A DNA stretch of 52,496 nt from a virus (IMGVR_UViG_3300020131_000006:1-52496), one strand, 5' to 3'; counted from the first letter of the stretch, positions 9,014-19,800 are shown. Notes: a model not told the origin generated them from the sequence alone. Numbers and translations are program-made.

Positions 9014-9494
9014 TATAGTATTCCCTGCATGGGTTAAGTATGCAGCTATCGCCGGTTTGGTGGTAGCTGTCTGGGGACATGGCTATGTCAAGGGTCTTGA
9101 CCGATACGTTCACAAAGCGGCTATTGCTGACACTAAGATAATTGTGAAGCAAGGAAAAGTCACTGAGAAGGTAGTCTATAAGTACATCAAAGAATCTAAG
9201 AAGATTGAAGAACAAGGAAAGGCTCTCCAGAAAGAAGGACAAAGCTATGAAATTAAATTCCCTAATGACAATTATGTTTTTAACAATTACTTTACATGGT
9301 TGTACGACGGTAGTATCTCGGACTCCGTTCCCCCACTATCCAGTGGAAATGCAGCCGACCCCTCCGGCGTGGGAGTGTCTGAAGCCATCCCTGTGTTCCT
9401 AAACAATAATACAGCAGGACGTATGTGGGAACAACGAGCCAAAGCTTGTGAGGCTTGGGCAGAAGAACAAGAAAAGTTACAAAATGGAAACTAG
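8997..9494 (+). CDS. Rz-like inner-membrane spanin
   Basis: Probable ATG 8997; N-terminal TM helix then charged coiled-coil region; contains an embedded lipoprotein ORF. Confidence 0.65.
   Translation: MITLSNIVFPAWVKYAAIAGLVVAVWGHGYVKGLDRYVHKAAIADTKIIVKQGKVTEKVVYKYIKESKKIEEQGKALQKEGQSYEIKFPNDNYVFNNYFTWLYDGSISDSVPPLSSGNAADPSGVGVSEAIPVFLNNNTAGRMWEQRAKACEAWAEEQEKLQNGN
9247..9402 (+). CDS. Rz1-like outer-membrane lipoprotein spanin (embedded)
   Basis: MKLNSLMTIMFLTITLHG-C lipobox, Pro-rich mature part, GAAGGA RBS, different frame inside the Rz-like gene. Confidence 0.7.
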   Translation: MKLNSLMTIMFLTITLHGCTTVVSRTPFPHYPVEMQPTPPAWECLKPSLCS

Positions 9495-9497
9495 CAA

Positions 9498-9686
9498 ATG
9501 ACAATCACACTTGAGGAATTGAAAGAATTTATTTCTCATAACGTTGATGAAGTAGATGTACTGGAGCATCTGAATTTAACCTCAGAGGATTTGGTAAAAG
9601 CTTTTCATGATGTTATTGAGGATAAGTTCGAAAAATTGATTACCGACTTGGAACTAGAACAGGAACCTGATGACAACGCAGATTAA
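9498..9686 (+). CDS. hypothetical protein
   Basis: Acidic 62-aa ORF (TLEELKE..DEVDVLE.L..TSEDLV..F.D). Confidence 0.65.
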   Translation: MTITLEELKEFISHNVDEVDVLEHLNLTSEDLVKAFHDVIEDKFEKLITDLELEQEPDDNAD

Positions 9687-11568
9687 TGACTATCAACGAT
9701 ATATTGCCGCCTCTCGTTATGCAAGGTGGCGAGAGGATGACAACCGACGAGAGACTTGGGAAGAAACGGTAGACCGCCTAATCAACTTCTGGAAAGGGCG
9801 GTTTCCAAACCTAGATGTATATGACGAGCTGAGGGATGCTGTAGTCAATATGGAAGTGATGCCTTCCATGCGAAGTTTGATGAGTGCTGGCCCTGCTCTA
9901 GAACGTGATGAAATTGCAGGATATAACTGTTCATTCGTTGCTGTGGATAACCCACGAGCATTCGATGAAATCATGTATATCCTAATGTGTGGAACGGGTG
10001 TAGGCTTCTCTGTAGAACGGCAAGAGATTGCACAACTACCTGTTGTAGCAGAAGAGTTCCACGATAGCGACACAGTGATTCGTGTTCGGGATAGTCGTCT
10101 TGGGTGGGCTTCTGCCTTACGTGAACTTATCTCAATGCTCTACTCAGGAAGGATACCAAAGTATGACGTTTCTGCTATACGCCCTCACGGTAGCCGGTTG
10201 CGTACTTTTGGCGGCAGGGCTTCAGGTCCGGAACCCTTGGTGGATTTGTTTAACTTTGCCATTACTGTGTTTCGTCGCGCAGCAGGGCGTAAGCTTAATT
10301 CTGTAGAAGTCCATGACATTGTTTGCAAGATTGCTGATATTGTTGTTGTTGGTGGTGTTCGCCGTAGTGCGCTCATTTCACTATCTAATCTAACAGACGA
10401 ACGGATGCGTAATGCTAAGAACGGACAATGGTGGGAAGATAACGGACAACGTGCTTTAGCTAACAACTCTGTAGCTTACACTGAGAAACCTGACATTGGT
10501 ATCTTCATGCGTGAATGGCATTCTCTGTACGAAAGCAAGAGTGGAGAACGTGGCATCTTTAATCGAGTAGCTGCTGTGAAGCAAGCTAAGAAGTTTGGAC
10601 GTAGAGATTATGAAGGATATGATTATGGAACTAATCCTTGTGGCGAGATTATATTACGCTCGATGGGGTTATGTAATTTGTCTGAAGTTGTTGTACGTAG
10701 TGACGATACTTTTGATTCACTTCGGCGCAAAGTTAGGCTTGCTACCATCCTTGGAACACTCCAAAGTACGCTCACTAATTTCCGCTACCTTCGCTCAGGA
10801 TGGAAAAAGAATGCCGAAGAAGAACGCCTGTTAGGTGTAAGTCTTACTGGTATTATGGATAACAAATTTTTAAGTCATTCTGAAGAGTTCAAAGATGGTG
10901 CTCTAAGTTTGGCAGGAGCATTGGAAATATTAAGAGATGAAGCAATTGCTGTCAACAAGGAATGGGCTGGTAGACTTGGGGTGTCTCCTTCTGTGGCTAT
11001 TACTACTGTCAAACCAAGCGGTACTGTCTCGCAGTTGGTGGATAGCTCTAGTGGGATTCATCCTAGGTATTCGCCTTATTATATACGAACGGTACGTGCC
11101 GATAACAAAGACCCATTGGCTCAATTTCTTAAAGACCAAGGTGTTCCGAATGAACCGGACGTTACCAAACCAGAACGAGTAACTGTTTTTAGTTTCCCAA
11201 TGAAAGCTCCTGAAGGTGCTGTACTTCGGAACGACATGACAGCTATTCAGCAGTTAGAGCATTATCTGATTTATCAGAAGCACTGGTGTGAACACAACCC
11301 TTCAATTACTGTATATGTGAGAGAACATGAATGGCTGGAAGTTGGCGCTTGGGTGTATAAACATTTTGATGAGTTGGGTGGTGTTTCTTTTCTACCGCAT
11401 TCCGACCATTCTTATAAGCAAGCTCCTTATCAGGAAATAGATGAGGCTACGTATAAGAAGTTATTAGCAGAAATGCCAGCAATTAAATGGGAAGAGTTTA
11501 TAGAGGTAGAGGATACGCTGGAGAATACAAAAGAACTGGCGTGTGTTGCTGGTGTGTGTGAAATCTAA
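9670..11568 (+). CDS. nrdJ: class II (B12-dependent) ribonucleotide reductase
   Basis: SRYARW, MPSMR, YNCSF, GGVRRSA, GTNPCGEI, TVKPSGT, C-terminal ACVAGVCEI; no beta subunit nearby. Confidence 0.9.
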   Translation: MTTQINDYQRYIAASRYARWREDDNRRETWEETVDRLINFWKGRFPNLDVYDELRDAVVNMEVMPSMRSLMSAGPALERDEIAGYNCSFVAVDNPRAFDEIMYILMCGTGVGFSVERQEIAQLPVVAEEFHDSDTVIRVRDSRLGWASALRELISMLYSGRIPKYDVSAIRPHGSRLRTFGGRASGPEPLVDLFNFAITVFRRAAGRKLNSVEVHDIVCKIADIVVVGGVRRSALISLSNLTDERMRNAKNGQWWEDNGQRALANNSVAYTEKPDIGIFMREWHSLYESKSGERGIFNRVAAVKQAKKFGRRDYEGYDYGTNPCGEIILRSMGLCNLSEVVVRSDDTFDSLRRKVRLATILGTLQSTLTNFRYLRSGWKKNAEEERLLGVSLTGIMDNKFLSHSEEFKDGALSLAGALEILRDEAIAVNKEWAGRLGVSPSVAITTVKPSGTVSQLVDSSSGIHPRYSPYYIRTVRADNKDPLAQFLKDQGVPNEPDVTKPERVTVFSFPMKAPEGAVLRNDMTAIQQLEHYLIYQKHWCEHNPSITVYVREHEWLEVGAWVYKHFDELGGVSFLPHSDHSYKQAPYQEIDEATYKKLLAEMPAIKWEEFIEVEDTLENTKELACVAGVCEI

Positions 11569-11585
11569 GAAAAGGAAAATAGAAA

Positions 11586-11819
11586 ATGTTTACGAAGTTT
11601 TTGAAGTTTGTATCCTTCTTCGACAGTGTTGATTCTGTCATTGCTGACATTGAGAAGAAGATAAAGCGGTTAGAAAATGTAGAAGAAACTCATGCCCATC
11701 AAGCACGGGTTATTCGTGAGACTATCTTTGATTTGGAAGAGGAAGAAGGTTTCCATTCTGCTGAAGCTAAGCGTGCCTCTGCTGTAGCTAAGAAGTTTAA
11801 AGCTCTGGTGAACGCATGA
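11586..11819 (+). CDS. hypothetical coiled-coil protein
   Basis: 77-aa ORF with AAGGA RBS. Confidence 0.6.
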   Translation: MFTKFLKFVSFFDSVDSVIADIEKKIKRLENVEETHAHQARVIRETIFDLEEEEGFHSAEAKRASAVAKKFKALVNA

Positions 11820-11965
11820 GTAAAGTAGAAATCAGTCATGTGGAGAATGGATACATCATCACATACTCTAGGATGGATATGATTAATGGTAGGCTAGTTA
11901 CGGTCATCACTATTCATCCTGACCTAGATGCTGTGATAGCCTATTTGAAACAAGAACGTATCTAA
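11816..11965 (+). CDS. hypothetical protein (49 aa)
   Basis: ATGA-coupled; MSKVEISHVENGYII... Confidence 0.55.
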   Translation: MSKVEISHVENGYIITYSRMDMINGRLVTVITIHPDLDAVIAYLKQERI

Positions 11966-11989
11966 AGTTTTCGTGCGGGCGCACAAATG

Positions 11990-12032
11990 AGAAAAGCCCC
12001 ATTGGATTTCGGTCCTTTGGGGCTTTCTTATT
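11990..12032. terminator. bidirectional intrinsic terminator between the convergent arms
   Basis: AAAAGCCCCA...TGGGGCTTTCTT stem with A/T tails on both sides. Confidence 0.8.
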
Positions 12033-12039
12033 TCTGCTT

Positions 12040-12055
12040 GTTACAAGCTTGTAAT
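12040..12055. repeat. 16-bp palindromic motif, copy 2
   Basis: GTTACAAGCTTGTAAT abutting the endolysin stop. Confidence 0.85.
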
Positions 12056-12450
12056 CAACAGATTTCTATTTCAATTGTTTCACCATTCTGAGAGGCATGA
12101 ACTAGCTGAGGGTATAGTTTATTAAATGCTACCTTGCTATTCGAAATCCAATCCTTACCCTTAGCTGTACCTACCAACAGACACCCTTCGGTGTTATCTG
12201 CATGGTTCCCTGTGTGAATCCTCACACCAGAGAAGTTAGGCACATCATGTAGTAAAGGCAGATACCGCTTAAATCTCGGAGAGTATGTAATGGTAATTTT
12301 ATAAGTACCAGTAGGAATCGCAGTCCGAGCGTACACTTTAGACTCTCTAACTTTGTCCTCCAATGTATAGCACTCAAACGTTCCATTAACATACAGTTCT
12401 CCGATGGTAGAATCTTCTGTAAACTCTTTCCTAATCAGTTTTAGATTCAT
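12055..12450 (-). CDS. putative endolysin (DUF5675-like)
   Basis: LIR..FT.DSTIG.L, CYTLED, TAIPTGTY, RIHTGN, TEGCLLVG; last gene of the late arm; probable ATG 12450. Confidence 0.7.
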   Translation of the reverse strand: MNLKLIRKEFTEDSTIGELYVNGTFECYTLEDKVRESKVYARTAIPTGTYKITITYSPRFKRYLPLLHDVPNFSGVRIHTGNHADNTEGCLLVGTAKGKDWISNSKVAFNKLYPQLVHASQNGETIEIEIC

Positions 12451-12604
12451 TCCTCTTTCTCTCACTCCTGTCTTTGATTTGCATTGCATACCAGACTACA
12501 GAGAACAGGGCCGCCAGTGGCGGAAGTAGTTTAGCTATCAGCGTGGCTACTAAAATACTGCCAGCGAGAACTTCCCCTACTACTTTAATAAAATCGTAAT
12601 TCAT
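12431..12604 (-). CDS. putative holin (57 aa)
   Basis: MNYDFIKVVGEVLAGSILVATLIAKLLPPLAALFSVVWYAMQIKDRSERKRNESKTD: hydrophobic core, charged tail, overlaps the endolysin start. Confidence 0.55.
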   Translation of the reverse strand: MNYDFIKVVGEVLAGSILVATLIAKLLPPLAALFSVVWYAMQIKDRSERKRNESKTD

Positions 12605-12614
12605 TCAGCAACCC

Positions 12615-13805
12615 CTAGCTAATTTTCTCAACAAGCACACGAACGGAATATTGCATTGGTGTAGCACCAACAGATGCGTAGTTGCTAGTCACATAGCTAA
12701 GGCTAGAGCCTTGCTGTGCTTGAATAACAATACTTCCAGCAATATGACTGCCTAATTGGTTAGTGGTAGATGTATTAAACATTAAATCACCGACAGCAAC
12801 CCCAGTAGAAGCTTCTGTATAATTAATGGTGACAGATGGAACCACACAAGAGGTAGTAGCTGCTTGAGTTACAACAACAAACGCAGAAACACGATACAGA
12901 GCACTTGAAGTTACTTCATAAAAATTCTGTGCATTTACATTAGCTGTTTGTGCAAGCCGAGCGTCTTCTGCCACATACTTAGGAAGAAGGGCATCAACAT
13001 AATCTTTAGTAACTAGAGACTTTGCATTTGCAGGAGTATACGAAGTACCAGCCAATAGGTCAGTAGCAGAGATAGTAAAGCGAAGGTCCCCAAGGTTAAT
13101 GCCGGTATAGAACCGATGCATAGATAGGGAGTCAGCCGCGATAACTGCATTATAACCCACACCACCTGCTGCTGTACTATCCCAAGAAAGAGTTAGGTTG
13201 CCACTAGCACTCGTAGCAAAGCTCCAATCATTTGCAGAAGGGTCACCAAGAACAAGTTCACTGGTAGTCGCACCCTTAATATTTACAGGGCTGCTGGTAA
13301 ACACATGCGCACCAGACCAAGTATAAGCAGCGGCTTGGTTAATAGCTGGAGCCGCATCTGAACGCATGAATGTAGAGGCCACACCATTAATTACAGCAGG
13401 GCCGGCCAAAGCTGTTGGGTTTGCACCACCAGCCCCGAACTCACCAGTGTCATGCCAATTAGCTAGAGTAGAAGCAGGGTCAGCAGTTAAGTAAAATACA
13501 TGGGGTGGGGTGAAATCTGTACGAATACAAACAGCGGGAGCATTTACAGCAAGAGCCAACATAGCAGCTTGACTGGCAGCTTCACCAACCTCATGCTCTA
13601 ATGGCGGCAATAGGTCTGCTGGAATCTTACCAGTACCGTCAGTGACGACGACACCATCTACACCATTAATAGGATAAGTTTCTGGAGCACCAGCATCATT
13701 AGTGCCATAGATAATATCTGGAGTAGTGGAAGCAGGAACCCCATCACCACCGGCACCTGAAGTAGAAGATATACCAGCTACATCTGGATGGACATTAACT
13801 GACAT
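12615..13805 (-). CDS. tail fibre/spike-like virion protein
   Basis: Ala/Gly/Thr-rich; FMRSDAAPA and LVTKDYVDA fibre motifs. Confidence 0.65.
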   Translation of the reverse strand: MSVNVHPDVAGISSTSGAGGDGVPASTTPDIIYGTNDAGAPETYPINGVDGVVVTDGTGKIPADLLPPLEHEVGEAASQAAMLALAVNAPAVCIRTDFTPPHVFYLTADPASTLANWHDTGEFGAGGANPTALAGPAVINGVASTFMRSDAAPAINQAAAYTWSGAHVFTSSPVNIKGATTSELVLGDPSANDWSFATSASGNLTLSWDSTAAGGVGYNAVIAADSLSMHRFYTGINLGDLRFTISATDLLAGTSYTPANAKSLVTKDYVDALLPKYVAEDARLAQTANVNAQNFYEVTSSALYRVSAFVVVTQAATTSCVVPSVTINYTEASTGVAVGDLMFNTSTTNQLGSHIAGSIVIQAQQGSSLSYVTSNYASVGATPMQYSVRVLVEKIS

Positions 13806-13806
13806 A

Positions 13807-14163
13807 TTAAACTCCCATCGTTACAGTAACTACAGCATCAGTACCAGAGATACCAGAGACAACAGCTCGTACAAATTTCCAAGGGGCGATGGTAGTAAAA
13901 CCATCAGAAGCAGAAGTAGTACCTGTTAGAGTGATAGTTCCCATAGGAGTAGCACACCAATTAATAGGGTCGCCATTTTCATCTACTTGATTAGTAACTT
14001 CAATATCTACAGTAGCACCTACGGCACCTGTACCAGTAACTGTAGCTTGAAAAGTGGAATATGGAGAATCCTTGTAAACACCCTCACCATTCCCATTTGC
14101 AACCACGCCATCTTTACCGAGCAACTGATAGATTCTACCAGAAGCGATTCTCACATTTTGCAT
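13807..14163 (-). CDS. putative virion structural protein
   Basis: Beta-rich 118 aa in the tail module (PWKFVRA motif). Confidence 0.55.
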   Translation of the reverse strand: MQNVRIASGRIYQLLGKDGVVANGNGEGVYKDSPYSTFQATVTGTGAVGATVDIEVTNQVDENGDPINWCATPMGTITLTGTTSASDGFTTIAPWKFVRAVVSGISGTDAVVTVTMGV

Positions 14164-14172
14164 TTCAATTCC

Positions 14173-14361
14173 TTATTTGGTTAAAGAAGTACTTGAGATT
14201 ACACGCAAGAAAGCATTACCTACAGCAAGTACGACTGTAAGAATACCATAAGTATTTACTGGTAACATTGGTTGCAGCATTGAGAAGGAAGCTTCTAAAG
14301 CTACTAGACCAGTTACCAAAAGATTGAACCATAAAGTTTTAGATTTATACCAAGGTTTCAT
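14173..14361 (-). CDS. small two-TM holin-like protein
   Basis: MKPWYKSKTLWFN plus two hydrophobic helices. Confidence 0.6.
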   Translation of the reverse strand: MKPWYKSKTLWFNLLVTGLVALEASFSMLQPMLPVNTYGILTVVLAVGNAFLRVISSTSLTK

Positions 14362-14363
14362 AA

Positions 14364-15779
14364 TTAGGTCTTAATAATTTTAAGGACGACAGCAGAAGGT
14401 TGTATATTATTATGAGCACCATTCCCACCAGTGTTCTGGTTAGTAGCTGTTGCTGCAATGTTTGTAGCTGTTGTTTCTATATTGGTTGCAGTATTGCTAT
14501 TAACGGTGGCGGCGTGTCCGGCTGCTGCGCCGCTGGTATTGCCTCTAGTGGGGTACCCACCGACGGCGGAGGTTGAGATTGTCGTAACCGTTACCGCGTG
14601 CGCATGAGCATTTTGAGTATGGTTATGACTATTTTGGATATGGTTATGACTGTTTTGAATATGGGTATGTGTAGGCATCTCAGAAATAACTAAGGTGTGT
14701 GTTTCATCACCCCCAACATTACCAACAGCATTACCTAACTCAGCAGTGCCAGTACCTCCAGAACCTACAGCAACTCTACGTCTAAAGTCAGGAACATTGA
14801 ATGTAGTAGAACCATCACCAACACCCCAAGTAGTACCAATAGCAGTGAACAAGGCAGCGTAGGTAGTTCTATCTACAGCAGAACCATCACATAATAGATA
14901 GCCAGTTGGGGCAGATGTTCCAGCAAAATCAAACATCACACCAGAGGGAACAGAACCACCTCCGCCACCATCACAGCATTCGCCTGTTGGGGTTCCAGTA
15001 CTGAACCAAGGAAGCCAACCATCAGCTCCCCCAATCTTAACCTTAATCCACTTTTGAGGACTAATTACCGCTGGAGCATTGCCTGAGGTAAAGGTAGCAG
15101 CATCGGCGCCAGTCTCATCGAGTCCATTTATCTCCAGTTCACCATTACCCCCACCTGAATATGGGTTGAAATTAAAAATCGTCGTTAAATTAGTCGAGTA
15201 ATTCATCTCGACATTACCGTGACTATTTACGAAGTATCCCTGTACGTTATGAACGTCATTGGTCGGGTCATTCTCTATTTGGAATATGAATTCAGTACGC
15301 TCACCTGTTGTTTGGTCCTGAGCGAATAAATTAATAGCTCCATAACGGCTGGTGTTACTGGCCCCGCAAAATACTTCGGCAAAGGTATTTAGATTATTCG
15401 CTCCGTAGCCCAAGAACATAGCGGAGTCAGCTCCACTACTGTAAGCAGAGGACATTAGCTGATGGTAGTGGAAAGTACTGGTTGGATTTGTTATATTGGA
15501 ACTGTAGTCAGATGTTACTGTGTCCACCCCTGTAGTACTAGACGTGAAAACTTGGGATGCTTCTAATCCAGAATCAAGGGGTGCCTTAATGGTAACAGTA
15601 ATTGGATTGTCTTCAAAGGCAACTGCCCCTGTAAATGTAGGGCTATCCGATAAGACTACGTTTTCTGTTCCGGTGGACGTGGTTGTACCAGTACCCCCAT
15701 TTAGAACAGGAACAGTATCTCCAGTGGCAAACTGTTCAACAGTTCCTGATTCTATTTTCAAAGGTTTCTTATCAGCCAT
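14364..15779 (-). CDS. tail fibre protein with tail collar domain
   Basis: PSG..FAG..APTGYLLCDG..Y..LF..IGT..G.GDGSTTFNVPD collar motif; HTH/HNH His repeats; HNNIQP. Confidence 0.85.
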   Translation of the reverse strand: MADKKPLKIESGTVEQFATGDTVPVLNGGTGTTTSTGTENVVLSDSPTFTGAVAFEDNPITVTIKAPLDSGLEASQVFTSSTTGVDTVTSDYSSNITNPTSTFHYHQLMSSAYSSGADSAMFLGYGANNLNTFAEVFCGASNTSRYGAINLFAQDQTTGERTEFIFQIENDPTNDVHNVQGYFVNSHGNVEMNYSTNLTTIFNFNPYSGGGNGELEINGLDETGADAATFTSGNAPAVISPQKWIKVKIGGADGWLPWFSTGTPTGECCDGGGGGSVPSGVMFDFAGTSAPTGYLLCDGSAVDRTTYAALFTAIGTTWGVGDGSTTFNVPDFRRRVAVGSGGTGTAELGNAVGNVGGDETHTLVISEMPTHTHIQNSHNHIQNSHNHTQNAHAHAVTVTTISTSAVGGYPTRGNTSGAAAGHAATVNSNTATNIETTATNIAATATNQNTGGNGAHNNIQPSAVVLKIIKT

Positions 15780-15781
15780 TA

Positions 15782-16300
15782 TTAAGCCAAGACGATGGGT
15801 TGATTAATTTCCGCATTCACAGAGTTAGGAGAGCCGGTGGCAACACACACACCAATACGCTGAACTACATTACCAGCAGCAGATGGAGCTGTATTAGTAG
15901 CTACTCCAGCCGTAGTGGACAGAAATACAATACCACCAGTGAGAGTACCAGCAGCTTGAGTATTAGTACCTTCAAAATATATAGTGGCTAATGCTGGAGA
16001 AGTAACCCCTGCCAAAACGAAGCCGTGAGCTTCTTTGCCAGCAGTAGTGGCATCTGCCTTACGCACCTTTACAGTACCAGCATCATTCCAAATGTTTACA
16101 AAATCACCGGCAGCTAGATTCTCACTAGACGCAACCTCAGCCGTATCTGCACCAATACCTACAGGCATTACAGATTCATCTAAACGACCTGTAGAGTCCA
16201 GAGCTACAATCTCACCAGCATCACCAGCTCCAGCAGAAACTACAGTAGCTTCTTTCTCAGTCAGAGTACCGTTCAAATTACGAATAAATTTATCAGCCAT
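15782..16300 (-). CDS. virion structural protein
   Basis: Ala/Gly-rich; ASENLAAGDFVN, VRKADA, VVQRIG. Confidence 0.6.
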   Translation of the reverse strand: MADKFIRNLNGTLTEKEATVVSAGAGDAGEIVALDSTGRLDESVMPVGIGADTAEVASSENLAAGDFVNIWNDAGTVKVRKADATTAGKEAHGFVLAGVTSPALATIYFEGTNTQAAGTLTGGIVFLSTTAGVATNTAPSAAGNVVQRIGVCVATGSPNSVNAEINQPIVLA

Positions 16301-16308
16301 TTGTTATC

Positions 16309-16884
16309 CTATGCTAAAACTATTGGGTTATTAAATCTTAAAAATATCTTTGTTGCAGTTATTGGAAAACCAATAATTAGTGAGAATGCCGGGGCACTCG
16401 GTTGTGTTTGAGTAAGCAGTCCATTTGTACCTAAGAAGATAGGTTGCCCTAACGTCCAAGTCCAAGAGGGTTCTGTGTACTCTCCCTCTGTTTGAATCTC
16501 TACATTAGCTCCCATTGCAGCAGCTCCAGTAGTGATACCAAGAACAGTATTGACAATTGCTAGATTTGTATTGTCAGCATATTGAGCAGTATTAGCATTA
16601 TCTATGTAAACTACTCTATCACCACCTAATGCCGCACCAGCAACATGAGTATATGTTCGTTGAGGAATGTCAGCACTAACTAGGTGTCTGAAACTTGCAG
16701 TACCCGGACTCCCATCAGGAGGACCGGCAAACACTTCATTAGCATCAACAGTGGGAAGAATAATTTGGTCCCAGTCCGCCGAGAATCCGGTGGCAAGGTA
16801 CTGAGCCATCTTGTATAGCCAGTCCTTGTATGCCGGACTATTTGTATCATTGGTTGGTGGCGGTGGTGGTGCATTAAACGCCAT
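16309..16884 (-). CDS. virion structural protein
   Basis: C-terminal domain similar in style to the neighbouring ORF; both end in PIVLA. Confidence 0.6.
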   Translation of the reverse strand: MAFNAPPPPPTNDTNSPAYKDWLYKMAQYLATGFSADWDQIILPTVDANEVFAGPPDGSPGTASFRHLVSADIPQRTYTHVAGAALGGDRVVYIDNANTAQYADNTNLAIVNTVLGITTGAAAMGANVEIQTEGEYTEPSWTWTLGQPIFLGTNGLLTQTQPSAPAFSLIIGFPITATKIFLRFNNPIVLA

Positions 16885-19800
16885 TATTCATCTCCACGGA
16901 TTTGTTTGTAGAACAACTCCCTATTATATTCCTCAGCCCCACCTAGATTCCAAGAGTAGAGCATACGACCCACAACTGGGAAGTAGTTCAGAGACTTGTA
17001 GGTAGGGTCTTCAGCAAGAGCATCTTTAAACAATTGGTCAAACATCTTATAAGGTGGTAAGGCCACATCACCAATTGCTTCTCCAATGGCTCCACGTTTT
17101 ATTTTATTTCCAGCATACTCAGACCAACCAAAGGTCTTAAGAATGTTTAGAGGAATATCATCTAACTCTGGATCAACATCCCGACCTAACAACCAGTCTT
17201 TGATATATTGTGTAGTAGCACCAGCAATACCCATAGTAGCAGCATACTTCGTGATGTTACCTAGGGCAGTACGAACATTACCCTTCTGAAGTTCATTGTA
17301 GAAATCATTACGGACAACATCCATTTGCTTCAGCATAAATGACTTTAGCATATAGACAATACGACCATTAGGCATATCCAAATACTTCTGAGGAAGCTCC
17401 AACTTAGTAATTGGCTGCATCTTAGAAAGCTTTGAGAATAACATGGTTTGTACTGTGTCAGTAAGTTCTCCCCTCTGCAAATCTTCTAACAGTTGTGGGA
17501 ATTCCTCACCAAAGCGTGGCTCCCATTCCCTACGAAGATTCTCAATACCCTTTGGTGTCTTAGCATCAGCTAGAGCACGATTTAGAGTACCATTCAAAAC
17601 AGTATTCTTACCGAGTCTGTCAATAGCAGAGAAGCCAGAGTATTTAAATACAGAGTTCAATAAACGAGAAGTGGTTGAGGTAGATACAAACTCTTCTGAG
17701 ATATGATCTAACAAACCAAAGTCTTTCATATTGACCTTGGAGATACCACCAGCCATTTGGATAGCCGCCATTAAGGTTGGACGTAAGCCATTTAGATAAA
17801 CAGACATAGCAACGTCACCTAACTGAGTTCCCGCGGAGATGAAGTTACCCAACAAACCTAAGTTAGCTACGTCCTTAACACCCTGCACAATAGAGTTAGA
17901 ACTACGATTGCCGGGACCAAAACGGGAACGCAGCATACTCTCAAGTTCAGATGCTTGATCTCCCTTAATCTTACCTCTCTTCAGTTCTTCTAAAACTACA
18001 TTACCAATAGATTGATCTATGTTAACTTTACCAGTCTCAGGGTCACGAATAGCTTCACGACCAAAGAACTTAGAGGTTTCAATTTCTTGAACAGCATTAC
18101 GTAAGTATGTATGCAAAGCCTCAGCAGGTGTAGCGTAGAACTGATGGAATTCCTCTGGCACTTCATTCAACACACGGGTCTTTGAGAAGCCCGGCTTGTA
18201 GGAAGGGTTCGCTGTATTACGAAAGTACTGATTGATTATCTTAGTTCTAGCTTCATCGGTGAATGGTTCTCCACGACCAATGAATTTCCGTTCAGCTTCT
18301 AACAAACGAGTTTCAAGAGCATTTCTACTCTCTGCACCAAGAACCTTCTTCAAACCATCAATATCAGTTACAATACGTGGAAAGTAGTCTTGACGCATAT
18401 CCCCAAGACGACCAGCCTTTTGTAACTCAACACCAGTCTCTTTTAGAACTTGACGAACTCTGTCAAAGCCAGTAATATTATATTCTTTGGCTAATGCAGT
18501 AATCGCTGGAATATCATTGTTAATCAGGGCTGTGTTAAAACGAGCTTGAGCTTCTTTGTCAAGCTTCCCGATTCCTAGAATAAAGTCATCAACTTCACCA
18601 ATCTTCTTATGGGTATTCTTTAAGATGCCTTCCTCGAACTTAATTGCTCGATGAAGGACATTTTGAGAAATGTTACCGATACGGGTAGATAGAACACCTA
18701 AGCCCTTATCTAAACCCTTAGCCAGTTTACTATTTCCAAAATCAGAAGGTTGTTTTAACTTAGATTGGAAAGTATCGTAAACTCTATCAGCTACTTCAGG
18801 ACGGTTGACATACTCTGGATACTTCTCGGCAAAAGCACCACGGAAGTCCTCTTTGGACATACTACGGATACGCTTCTCCAAGGAAGGTGGGGTTTTCTTA
18901 CCACCACCAAAACCTACAGCACCACCTTGACCAAAGCCTTTTTTACCAGTACCACCAAGAGGAGCCTTCGAACGAAGGAAATCTTGATTGATTAGATACT
19001 GACTACGATTAGTTAAAGCTGTATCATTAAAACCTGAGTTATTCTCAATGATAGTAAGCTTACCATCCTTAGAACGTTGGACGATAGCCTTACCCTTTTG
19101 TGCTCTCTTGTCAACACGATCTGCTGTCTTTAGAGGTATGAGCTGATTGGTATTTGGATCAACTTCCCACATACTGATACCAGCAGCATTCTGTTGTGCT
19201 AGACGATTGATAGCCTCAACACTGGCGGCTGATTCACCTGATGCATTATTAGTAGTTGAAGTTCCTTCATCAGTCTTATTGAAAAGCTTCATAAAAGCTT
19301 CTTCAAAGACCTTAGGATCAACTGATCCACCTTGTCCGAACTTACCTTTATTGGGACTCGTGCGGGAACGGTCATGCGGAAATAAGGACTCTTGTAGAAT
19401 CTCAGTTCCTTTGGTTTGGGTCACATCTGTTGGAATTCTTTGGACGTGTTCAATCCCCTGCTCTGGAGTAGCATGATCTTTATAGTTCACACGTTCCATA
19501 TCAGTTAATGGTAGTTCTCCTTGCTGAGTACGCAGAGTAGCAGGGTCAACAATCTCCCACTCAAGAGGGCCAGTATCCTTGACAGGCTCTGCCTTCTTAG
19601 GCATTGACTCTAATTCCATACCTTCGGTCTTAGAATGAATCTCTGCCCATTGCTGAGGATTCAAACCTTCAGCCATAGGATCAATAATCTTCACATCTCC
19701 CACAGGCGCAGAAGCTGCCGCAGGGGTATCAGCAACAGCCTCTTCCTTACGGATTTCGTGGACAAGATCATCAATAGTTTGATTGGCTTTACCATCATAC

